NCBI GenBank assembly: GCA_031291185.1
Contig: JARLJM010000160.1
Coordinates: 3,137-67,136, forward strand
Direction of reading: 5' to 3'
Length of the DNA stretch: 64,000 nucleotides
Origin: Parasulfuritortus sp.
GTDB lineage: Bacteria; Pseudomonadota; Gammaproteobacteria; Burkholderiales; Thiobacillaceae
The notes beneath the pieces were generated by a model, which was not told the DNA's origin, did no database searches, and worked only from the letters and a program-made list of their open reading frames with translations. Every line of letters starts with the position of its first letter. Position 1 is the stretch's first letter. The position numbers were made by a program, and so were the translations under genes. Positions 10,121-18,265 of this stretch are shown here, piece by piece.

Positions 10121-10215
10121 ACCCCCATGCTGGTCACTGCGTGTCCTTTGCTGCCCCTTAGGGGGGCCTTCGCGTCCGCGCAGCGAAAGGCTGCGCTTCG
10201 CTTGCTTGGCGGCCC
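10121..10215 (-). repeat. REP-like palindromic repeat family 1, long diverged variant
   Basis: ACCCCCATGCT...CTGCCCCTTAGGGGGGCC...GGCGGCCC; same scaffold as 45766-45834 with an extra GCGCAGC-GAAAG-GCTGCGC hairpin. Confidence 0.6.
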
Positions 10216-10242
10216 GGCGTCGCTCAAGCATTCAGCTTTTCG

Positions 10243-11193
10243 ATGAAACCGACGGTCGTCAGCGCCGACGTCCTGTTCGAGGTATTCCGTGCCGCCCTCA
10301 AGTGGGAGTGGGTGGCCGGCTTGGGCGCCTCCGAGCGCCGCTTCGACGAGGTTGCGGTGCAGGCGGCGCGCTCTGGCGCGGACCTGGTGGGCTACCTGAA
10401 TTACATCCACCCCTATCGCCTGCAGGTTCTCGGGCCGCGCGAGGTGGCTTACTTGCTCAAAGGCACGCCGGAAGACTGCGCGCGCCGCATTTCGCGCATC
10501 GTGACGCTGGAGCCTCCCGTGCTGGTGCTGGCCGACGGGCAAGCGGCGCCCGACGCCCTGCTGGCGATGTGCGAGCGGGCCCAGATTCCGATGTTCGCCA
10601 CACCGGAGCCATCGGCCTTTGTGATCGACGTGCTGCGCGCCTACCTGTCCCGGCACTTTGCCGACCGCACCTCGATGCACGGCGTGTTCATGGACATCCT
10701 GGGCCTGGGCGTGATGATTACCGGCGAGTCCGGCCTGGGCAAAAGCGAGCTCGGGCTGGAGCTGATCTCGCGCGGCAACGGCCTGGTGGCCGACGATGCG
10801 GTGGAACTGGACCGCATCAACCAGACCACGATCGAAGGCCGCTGCCCCGAGCTGCTGCAGAACCTGCTCGAGGTGCGTGGCATCGGCCTGCTCGATATTC
10901 GCGCCATCTTTGGCGAGACCGCCGTGCGGCGCAAGATGCGGCTCAAGCTGATCGTCCACCTGGTGCGCAGCGAGACCCTGGAGCGCGACTACGAACGCAT
11001 GCCCTTCGAGCCCCTGACGCAGGACGTGCTCGGCGTGCCGGTGCGCAAGGTGGTGATTCAGGTGGTGGCGGGGCGCAATATTGCCGTGCTGGTCGAGGCG
11101 GCGGTGCGCAGCACCATTTTGCAACTGCGCGGCATCGACACCTACCAGGAGTTCGTCGCGCGGCACCGCCGCGCGATGGATCGCAAGAGTTGA
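10243..11193 (+). CDS. hprK: HPr kinase/phosphorylase
   Basis: Walker [17 protein letters not shown] and LEVRGIG motifs. Confidence 0.95.
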   Translation: MKPTVVSADVLFEVFRAALKWEWVAGLGASERRFDEVAVQAARSGADLVGYLNYIHPYRLQVLGPREVAYLLKGTPEDCARRISRIVTLEPPVLVLADGQAAPDALLAMCERAQIPMFATPEPSAFVIDVLRAYLSRHFADRTSMHGVFMDILGLGVMITGESGLGKSELGLELISRGNGLVADDAVELDRINQTTIEGRCPELLQNLLEVRGIGLLDIRAIFGETAVRRKMRLKLIVHLVRSETLERDYERMPFEPLTQDVLGVPVRKVVIQVVAGRNIAVLVEAAVRSTILQLRGIDTYQEFVARHRRAMDRKS

Positions 11194-11202
11194 CGTAGCG
11201 AC

Positions 11203-11271
11203 GGGCCGCCCCGAGCAAGTCCAGCCCCCTTGGGGGGCAGCGCAATACGCGCAGCGACAAGCGTGGGGGCC
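11203..11271 (+). repeat. REP-like palindromic repeat family 1 (69 bp)
   Basis: GGGCCGCCCCGAGCAAGT..CCCCCTTGGGGGGCAGCG..GCGTGGGGGCC between the convergent hprK and fur; near-identical to 20471-20539 and to the reverse complement of 45766-45834. Confidence 0.9.
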
Positions 11272-11273
11272 AA

Positions 11274-11717
11274 TTAGCCGCGCTGTGACGGCGCCGGCCG
11301 GTTCGGGCACTTTTCCTTGGTGCAGTTGGCGTACAGGCTCAGCGCGTGGTCGGCGATCACGAACCCCTTGGCCTGGGCCACCGCGTGCTGGCGTGCTTCG
11401 ATTTCGGGGTCGTAAAATTCTTCGACCCGCCCGCAGTCCAGGCACATCAGGTGGTCGTGGTGCTGGCCTTCATTGATTTCGTATACGGACTTGCCGCTCT
11501 CGAAATGGCTGCGGCTCAAAATGCCGGCCTGCTCGAACTGGGTCAGCACGCGGTAGACCGTCGCCAGACCGACGTCGGAACGCTCTTCCAGCAGCACGCG
11601 GAACACGTCTTCGGCCGTCATGTGGCGCTGCGTGCCTTTCTGGAAAATTTCGAGGATTTTCAGGCGCGGCAGGGTCGCTTTCAACCCGGTATTTTTAAGT
11701 TCGTCGATGCTGGTCAT
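11274..11717 (-). CDS. fur: Ferric uptake regulator
   Basis: [25 protein letters not shown] and HHDHLMC motifs; divergent from bamE. Confidence 0.97.
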   Translation of the reverse strand: MTSIDELKNTGLKATLPRLKILEIFQKGTQRHMTAEDVFRVLLEERSDVGLATVYRVLTQFEQAGILSRSHFESGKSVYEINEGQHHDHLMCLDCGRVEEFYDPEIEARQHAVAQAKGFVIADHALSLYANCTKEKCPNRPAPSQRG

Positions 11718-11799
11718 AGGGTCTTTCGGTGCGGACGGGCCGGTCGCCCGTACAGGTGCAGCCGCTACAATGGTTGATCATATCGCTATACATTTACCC

Positions 11800-12348
11800 A
11801 TGCTTTCCATGTTCTTTCGAGGCGCCCGGCTGGGTCTCGGCCTGATGGCCGGCGTCGGCCTGGCCGCCTGCAGTTCGTTTAACGGCGCCAGTACCAGCGT
11901 GGCCGGCATCATCACGCCCTACAAGATGGAGATCGTGCAGGGCAACTTTGTGTCCAAGGAGCAGGTCCAGGCGCTACAGCCTGGCATGAGCCGCCAGCAG
12001 GTCAAGGAATTGCTGGGCACGCCCCTGCTGGCCGACATGTTTCATGCGGACCGCTGGGACTATGTGTTTACCCTCAAGCGCCAGGGCGTGGAGCCCCAGT
12101 CGCGCAAGCTGACGGTGTTTTTCAAGAACGACGTGCTTGAGCGCTTTGAAGGCGACGAGATGCCCAGCGAAGCCGAATTCGTGGCCTCGCTGTCGTCGGG
12201 CCGCAAGCCGGACAAGGTGCCGGCGCTGGAGGCTTCCGAAGAGAGCCTGAAGAAATTCCCGGCGGTGCCGCCTCCCGTCGATGCGACGCCGCAGTCAAGT
12301 GCACCATTGCCCGACAGTTACCCGCCGCTGGAAGCGCCCGGCCGCTGA
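11800..12348 (+). CDS. bamE: Outer membrane protein assembly factor BamE
   Basis: Lipobox LAACSS; QGNFV, GMSRQQV..LLGTP and RWDY motifs; start uncertain (11770, 11800 or 11809). Confidence 0.9.
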   Translation: MLSMFFRGARLGLGLMAGVGLAACSSFNGASTSVAGIITPYKMEIVQGNFVSKEQVQALQPGMSRQQVKELLGTPLLADMFHADRWDYVFTLKRQGVEPQSRKLTVFFKNDVLERFEGDEMPSEAEFVASLSSGRKPDKVPALEASEESLKKFPAVPPPVDATPQSSAPLPDSYPPLEAPGR

Positions 12349-12369
12349 ACCCCTTTGGCCATCGACCTC

Positions 12370-13215
12370 ATGACACAAACTTCCTCCCAACCGGTGCCCG
12401 GCACCGGCGCCAGCCCGCATCGAATTGCCGTCGCCGGCGCGAGCGGCCGCATGGGCCACATGCTGATCGAGGCAATTCGGGCCGCGGACGACTGCCAGCT
12501 GGCCGGCGCGCTGGACGTGGCCCAGAGCCAGGCGATCGGCCTTGATGCGGCCGCATTTCTGGGGCATGCCAGCGGCGTCCCCATCAACTCCGACGTGCGC
12601 GCCGGGCTGAAAAACGCGCAGGTCCTGATCGACTTCACCCGCCCCGAGGGCACGCTGGCGCACCTGCGGGTGTGCCGCGAGCTGGGCGTGAATGCGGTGA
12701 TCGGCACCACCGGCTTCAGCGATGCGCAAAAGCTCGAGATTGCCGCCGCCGCGAAAGACATCGCCATCATGATGGCGCCCAACATGAGCGTGGGCGTGAA
12801 CGTCACTTTGAAGCTGCTGGAGATGGCCGCAAAGGCGCTGGCCACTGGCTACGACATCGAAATCATCGAGGCCCATCATCGCCACAAGGTCGATGCGCCC
12901 TCGGGCACGGCGCTGAAGATGGGCGAGGTGATTGCCGGCGCGCTGGGGCGTAACCTGAAGGACTGCGCCGTGTACGCGCGCGAGGGCATCACTGGCGAGC
13001 GCGACCCGTCCAGCATCGGCTTTGCCAGCATCCGTGGCGGCGACATCGTGGGCGACCACACCGTGCTGTTCGCCGGCATCGGCGAGCGCATCGAAATCAC
13101 CCATAAATCGTCCAGCCGCGCGACCTACGCGCAGGGCAGCCTGCGTGCGGTGCGTTATCTGGCCGGGCGGCGCACGGGCCTGTTCGACATGTTCGACGTG
13201 CTGGGCTTGAAATAA
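12370..13215 (+). CDS. dapB: 4-hydroxy-tetrahydrodipicolinate reductase
   Basis: GASGRMG, DFTRP and [15 protein letters not shown] motifs. Confidence 0.96.
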   Translation: MTQTSSQPVPGTGASPHRIAVAGASGRMGHMLIEAIRAADDCQLAGALDVAQSQAIGLDAAAFLGHASGVPINSDVRAGLKNAQVLIDFTRPEGTLAHLRVCRELGVNAVIGTTGFSDAQKLEIAAAAKDIAIMMAPNMSVGVNVTLKLLEMAAKALATGYDIEIIEAHHRHKVDAPSGTALKMGEVIAGALGRNLKDCAVYAREGITGERDPSSIGFASIRGGDIVGDHTVLFAGIGERIEITHKSSSRATYAQGSLRAVRYLAGRRTGLFDMFDVLGLK

Positions 13216-13217
13216 GC

Positions 13218-13880
13218 ATGGGCGTGCTGGCGCTGTTCGCGCAGGGTGACCTCATCACCAAACTGGTGACGGCGCTGCTGCTCGTGATGTCGGTGGCCAG
13301 CTGGGTCGTGATCCTGTGGAAAACCTGGCTGCTGCGCCGCGCCAGCGGCGACGTGGGCCGCAGCACGGCGGCGTTCTGGCAATCTGCCACGGTCGACGAG
13401 GCCCGCCAGCGGGTAGCCGCATTTGACCGCGAAGCCCTTGTCCTGCCTTTGATTGTAGCTATCAAAACTGAAGCAACGGAGACCCTGGCCAGCGCCGGCG
13501 ACCGTTCCCAGCAACTCACCCGGGTGCTGCGCGACGCGCTGCATGGCGTGCTGCGCAAGCTGCAGTTCGGCCAGGTGCTGCTGGCCACGGTGGGCTCCAC
13601 GGCGCCTTTTGTCGGCCTGCTGGGCACGGTTTGGGGCATCTATCACGCGCTCATCGGTATCTCCGGGGCCGGCCAGATCACCATCGACAAGGTCGCCGGC
13701 CCGGTCGGCGAAGCGCTGATCATGACCGCGGCCGGCCTGGCGGTGGCGATTCCGGCGGTGCTGGCTTACAACGTGCTGGGGCGCTTTGTCGGCAGTATAG
13801 AGGCCGACCTCGAAGGCTTTGCCCGCGACATTCGCGAACTGATGGTCAGCCATCCGGGCGACCCCTCGCCCCGTCCCTAA
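13218..13880 (+). CDS. exbB: MotA/TolQ/ExbB proton channel family protein
   Basis: LATVGSTAPFVGLLGTVWGI and EALIMTAAGLAVAIPA motifs. Confidence 0.85.
   Translation: MGVLALFAQGDLITKLVTALLLVMSVASWVVILWKTWLLRRASGDVGRSTAAFWQSATVDEARQRVAAFDREALVLPLIVAIKTEATETLASAGDRSQQLTRVLRDALHGVLRKLQFGQVLLATVGSTAPFVGLLGTVWGIYHALIGISGAGQITIDKVAGPVGEALIMTAAGLAVAIPAVLAYNVLGRFVGSIEADLEGFARDIRELMVSHPGDPSPRP
13419..13474 (-). repeat. 56-bp spaced motif, copy 3 (inside exbB)
   Basis: Reverse complement: GCT TCAGTTTTGAT AGC N18 AAGGGCT N8 AAATGC. Confidence 0.8.
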
Positions 13881-13895
13881 CCTCAAAGGCACACC

Positions 13896-14324
13896 ATGGG
13901 TTTTGGTCGTTTGGAGCGCAGCCAGGGCCCGACGCCCATGAGCGACATCAACATGACGCCGCTGGTCGACGTCATGATGGTGCTGGTGGTGATTTTCATC
14001 TTCACCGCGCCGCTGCTGGCCAGCTCGATCCGGCTGGATTTGCCCCAAACTGGTGCGGCTGGCCCCAGTGACGCGCCCAAGTTCGTCACGCTGGTGGTTG
14101 ACAAAACGGGCCAGGCGTTCCTGAACGACAAACCCGTGACCCAGGCCGAACTCGCTGCCAGCCTGCTCCAGACCGCCGCGCAGAACCCCGACACCGAGGT
14201 GCAGCTGCGCGCGGACCAGGCGGTGCCATACGGCCGCGTGGTGCAGGTCATGGGCGCGGCCCAGACGGCGGGGCTGAACCGGATTGGCTTCGTCGCCGAG
14301 CCGCCCAAGCCGGTTACACAGTAG
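13896..14324 (+). CDS. exbD: Biopolymer transport protein ExbD/TolR
   Basis: SDINMTPLVDVMMVLVVIF and LRADQAVPYG motifs. Confidence 0.85.
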   Translation: MGFGRLERSQGPTPMSDINMTPLVDVMMVLVVIFIFTAPLLASSIRLDLPQTGAAGPSDAPKFVTLVVDKTGQAFLNDKPVTQAELAASLLQTAAQNPDTEVQLRADQAVPYGRVVQVMGAAQTAGLNRIGFVAEPPKPVTQ

Positions 14325-14423
14325 GCGGGCGCCACGCCGGCGGCTGCAGCGCCTAAAATCCAGCATTCGTGCAGGCCAGCTCTCGACCTGCAACCTCATC
14401 GCTGCGACAGGCATCCTTTCCTC

Positions 14424-17093
14424 ATGCAAGAAAAATACAATCACATCGACGTAGAACAGGCGGCGCACGCGCATTGGATGGCGCGTGACGCCTACCGCGT
14501 GACCGAGGACGCGCGCGACGCGCGGGGTGATGCGAAGAAGAAGTTCTACGCCTGCTCCATGCTGCCCTACCCGAGCGGCAAGCTGCACATGGGCCATGTG
14601 CGCAACTACACCATCAACGACATGCTCACGCGCTACCTGCGCATGAACGGCTACAACGTGTTGATGCCCATGGGCTGGGACGCCTTCGGCCTGCCGGCGG
14701 AGAACGCCGCCATGAAGAACGGCGTGCCGCCCGCGAAGTGGACCTACGACAACATCGCCTACATGAAGCAGCAGATGCAGGCGATGGGCCTGGCCATCGA
14801 CTGGTCGCGCGAGGTCGCCACTTGCGACCCCACGTATTACAAGTGGAACCAGTGGCTGTTCCTGAAGATGCTGGAGAAAGGCATTGCCTACCGCAAGACC
14901 CAGACCGTGAATTGGGACCCGGTGGACCAGACTGTGCTGGCCAACGAGCAGGTGATCGACGGCAAGGGCTGGCGCACCGGCGCCGTGGTGGAAAAGCGCG
15001 AGATCCCGGGCTACTACCTGAAGATCACCGACTACGCCGAAGAGCTGCTGGACAGCGTGCAGCACAAGCTGCCGGGCTGGCCCGAGCGTGTCAAGCTGAT
15101 GCAGGAAAACTGGATCGGCAAGAGCGAGGGCGTGCGCTTCGCCTTCACGCACAACATCCGCGACGGCAGCGGCGCGCTGATCCAGGACGGGCGCATGTAT
15201 GTGTTCACCACGCGCGCCGACACCATCATGGGCGTGACCTTTTGCGCCGTCGCGCCCGAGCACCCGCTGGCCACACACGCGGCCAAATCGAATCCGAAGC
15301 TGGCGGCCTTCATCGAGGCGTGCAAGCAGGGCGGCACCACCGAGGCCGAGCTCGCTGCGCGCGAAAAGGAAGGCATGTTCACCGGCCTGTATGTCACGCA
15401 CCCGCTGGAGGGCGACCCGATTGCGCTGTGGGTCGGCAACTACGTGCTGATGAGCTATGGCGACGGCGCGGTGATGGGCGTGCCCGCGCACGACGAGCGC
15501 GACTTCGCCTTCGCAAAAAAATACGACCTGCAGATCAAGCAGGTGGTGCTGGTAGACGGCGAGCACTACAACTACCACCACTGGCAGGACTGGTACGCCG
15601 ACAAGGACGCCGGCGTCACCATCAATTCCGACAGCTTCAGCGGCCTGCCCTGCAGGGACGCGGTGAACGCCGTGGCCCACGCGCTGCAGGTGCGCGGGCT
15701 CGGCGAGAAGAAAACCACCTGGCGGTTGCGCGACTGGGGCGTCAGCCGCCAGCGCTACTGGGGCACGCCGATTCCCATCATCCACTGCCCCGAGCACGGT
15801 GCGGTGCCGGTGCCGGAAAAGGATTTGCCGGTGGTGCTGCCGCAGGACTGCGTGCCCGACGGTTCCGGCAACCCGCTGCTCAAGCACGAGGGCTTTCATG
15901 CGGGCGTGACCTGCCCGATCTGCGGCAAGGTGGCGCGGCGCGAGACCGACACCATGGACACCTTTGTCGATTCGTCCTGGTATTTCATGCGCTACTGCGA
16001 TCCAAAGAATGAGCAGGCCATGGTGGCTGGCGGCGCGGCCTACTGGATGCCGATGGACCAGTACATCGGCGGCATCGAGCACGCCATCCTGCACCTGCTG
16101 TACGCGCGCTTCTGGACCAAGGTGATGCGCGACCTCGGTCTGGTCAGGGTCGACGAGCCCTTCACCAAGCTGCTAACCCAGGGCATGGTGCTGAATCACA
16201 TCTACTCGCGCAAGAACGAAAAGGGCGGCATCGAGTACTTCTGGCCGCACGACGTCGAACCCGTGATCGACCCGGACGGCAAGCAGGTGGGCGCCCGGCT
16301 CAAGAACGCCGTCGGCAATCTGCCGGCCGGCATGCTGATCGACTATGAAGGCGTGGGCACCATGTCCAAGTCGAAGAACAACGGCGTCGACCCGCAGGAC
16401 CTGATCGAGAAATACGGCGCCGACACCGCGCGCCTGTACACCATGTTCACCGCGCCGCCCGAGGCCACGCTGGAATGGAACGACCTGGCGGTCGAGGGCT
16501 CGTACCGCTTTCTCAAGCGGGTCTGGGGATTTGCTACCAAAAACGTAGCTATCTATACAGATGGGGTAAAGGCCAAGGTCGAATTTAATGCAAAGTCCAA
16601 AGCGCTGCGGCTGGACATCCACAGCCTGCTCAAGCAGGTGGACTACGACTACCAGCGCATGCAGTACAACACCGTCGTCTCGGGCGCGATGAAGATGCTC
16701 AATGCGCTGGAGAGCTTCAAGAATGACGGCTCGGCGAGCAGCCATGCGGCGCTGGCCGAGGGCTTTGGCATCCTGCTGCGCTGCCTGTACCCGGTCGCGC
16801 CGCACATCACCCATGCCCTGTGGCAGGAGCTCGGGCTGGCCGCGCGGCACGGCGAGCTGCTCGACGCGCCCTGGCCTCAGGTCGATCCGCAGGCGCTGGA
16901 GCAGGACGAGCTCGAGCTCGTGCTGCAGGTCAATGGCAAACTGCGCGGCGCCATCCGCGTGCCCGCAGGCGCCAGCCGCGAGATGATCGAGCGCATCGCG
17001 ATTCACAGCGAGGCGTTCATCAAGGTGGCCGAAGGTGCCAAGCCGAAAAAGATCATCGTGGTGCCGGGCCGGCTCGTCAACGTGGTGATTTGA
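14424..17093 (+). CDS. leuS: Leucine--tRNA ligase
   Basis: [22 protein letters not shown] and TMSKSKNNG motifs. Confidence 0.98.
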   Translation: MQEKYNHIDVEQAAHAHWMARDAYRVTEDARDARGDAKKKFYACSMLPYPSGKLHMGHVRNYTINDMLTRYLRMNGYNVLMPMGWDAFGLPAENAAMKNGVPPAKWTYDNIAYMKQQMQAMGLAIDWSREVATCDPTYYKWNQWLFLKMLEKGIAYRKTQTVNWDPVDQTVLANEQVIDGKGWRTGAVVEKREIPGYYLKITDYAEELLDSVQHKLPGWPERVKLMQENWIGKSEGVRFAFTHNIRDGSGALIQDGRMYVFTTRADTIMGVTFCAVAPEHPLATHAAKSNPKLAAFIEACKQGGTTEAELAAREKEGMFTGLYVTHPLEGDPIALWVGNYVLMSYGDGAVMGVPAHDERDFAFAKKYDLQIKQVVLVDGEHYNYHHWQDWYADKDAGVTINSDSFSGLPCRDAVNAVAHALQVRGLGEKKTTWRLRDWGVSRQRYWGTPIPIIHCPEHGAVPVPEKDLPVVLPQDCVPDGSGNPLLKHEGFHAGVTCPICGKVARRETDTMDTFVDSSWYFMRYCDPKNEQAMVAGGAAYWMPMDQYIGGIEHAILHLLYARFWTKVMRDLGLVRVDEPFTKLLTQGMVLNHIYSRKNEKGGIEYFWPHDVEPVIDPDGKQVGARLKNAVGNLPAGMLIDYEGVGTMSKSKNNGVDPQDLIEKYGADTARLYTMFTAPPEATLEWNDLAVEGSYRFLKRVWGFATKNVAIYTDGVKAKVEFNAKSKALRLDIHSLLKQVDYDYQRMQYNTVVSGAMKMLNALESFKNDGSASSHAALAEGFGILLRCLYPVAPHITHALWQELGLAARHGELLDAPWPQVDPQALEQDELELVLQVNGKLRGAIRVPAGASREMIERIAIHSEAFIKVAEGAKPKKIIVVPGRLVNVVI
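16533..16588 (+). repeat. 56-bp spaced motif, copy 4 (inside leuS)
   Basis: GCT ACCAAAAACGT AGC N18 AAAGGCC N8 ATTTAA; an AT-rich patch of rare codons in an otherwise GC3-rich gene. Confidence 0.8.
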
Positions 17094-17095
17094 CC

Positions 17096-17587
17096 GTGCA
17101 GCGCCGCCTGATCCTGGTGAGCGCGGGCGCGGGCCTGCTCACGGCCTGCGGCTTCAAGCTGCGCCAGGCACCCGACTTTGCCTTCACGTCGCTGTACAGC
17201 GCGGCCGTCACTCCGCTGGGCAACGAGCTCAAGCGCGACCTGGTGGCCGGCGGCAAATTGAAGGTGATCAGCGACGCCACACAGCAGGGCAGCGCCCAGG
17301 TCATTCTGGATATTCTGGGGGACCAGCGCGAGCGCGTGGTGGTGGCGCTGAACTCCGCGGGCCAGGTGCGCGAGCTGGAGCTGCGCCTGCGCGTCAGGTT
17401 CAGGCTGCGCGGCAAGGATGGCAAGGAGCTGATTCCCGAGACTGAAATCCTGCAAAAGCGCAACGTGAGCTACAACTCCTCCGTGGTGCTGGCCAAGGAG
17501 GCCGAAGAAGCCCTGCTGTACCGCGACATGCAAACCGACATCGTGCAGCAGCTCATGCGCCGACTCGCGGCCGTGAAGGAAATATGA
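17096..17587 (+). CDS. lptE: LPS-assembly lipoprotein LptE
   Basis: GTG 17096; lipobox LLTACGFKLR; lies after leuS. Confidence 0.92.
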   Translation: MQRRLILVSAGAGLLTACGFKLRQAPDFAFTSLYSAAVTPLGNELKRDLVAGGKLKVISDATQQGSAQVILDILGDQRERVVVALNSAGQVRELELRLRVRFRLRGKDGKELIPETEILQKRNVSYNSSVVLAKEAEEALLYRDMQTDIVQQLMRRLAAVKEI

Positions 17588-17665
17588 GACCTTGCGGGAC
17601 AGACCGTAGCGCCAACGGCGCGGAGCTCTGTCCTCAACTGACCAGAGATTAGGCCTGACTGAACC

Positions 17666-18142
17666 ATGCCGCTGGACCGCACCGACCGCAAACTGCTGGC
17701 CGCCCTGCAGCGCGATGGCCGCGCCAGCATGGAGGCGTTGTCGCAGCTGGTGCACCTGTCGGCGCGCGCCACCCTGAACCGCGTGCGCAAGCTGGAGGCC
17801 GCTGGCCACATCGAGGGCTACCGCGCCGTGCTGGCGCGTGCCAGCCTGGGCGAGCATGTTTCCGTGTTTGCCGAGATCGCGCTGAAGGATCAGCGCCAGG
17901 CCACGGCGCAGCGCTTCGAGCGGCACATGCTGGCCTGCCCCGAGGTGGTGGCCTGCTATTTGATCAGCGGCCGCTACGACTACCTGGTGCGCGTGGCCTG
18001 CCGCGACCTGGCCCATTACCGCGACCTCACCAGCGCCTGGCTGGACGATGAGTCGCTGGGCATCGAAAAAATCATGACCAACACCGAGCTGCAAACCATC
18101 AAGGAATTTGCCGGCTTCCCACTACCGCTGGTCAAGTCCTGA
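17666..18142 (+). CDS. Lrp/AsnC family transcriptional regulator
   Basis: LDRTDRKLLAALQRDGR HTH; C-terminal ISGRYDYL. Confidence 0.93.
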   Translation: MPLDRTDRKLLAALQRDGRASMEALSQLVHLSARATLNRVRKLEAAGHIEGYRAVLARASLGEHVSVFAEIALKDQRQATAQRFERHMLACPEVVACYLISGRYDYLVRVACRDLAHYRDLTSAWLDDESLGIEKIMTNTELQTIKEFAGFPLPLVKS

Positions 18143-18265
18143 AATACACTTCCGAATCAGAAGTTCAGGGGCCATGCCACGGCGGGCCCGGTCGGGCCGG
18201 CACGCCCATCTTCACCACTGCCGCAGCCGCGTGCGACCTACACTGATCTTTATCCAGAGATCATC

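Noticed and set aside
13218-14324. exbB-exbD without tonB as a novel system
   Set aside because: Orphan exbBD-type pairs are common; nothing else here is unusual.
13155-16094. 979-aa antisense ORF over exbBD/leuS, and similar long antisense ORFs (3304-5001, 18212-20317, 26053-28008, 40596-42782, 59105-60817)
   Set aside because: Shadow ORFs expected from GC3-rich codon bias opposite well-supported genes; no family motifs.
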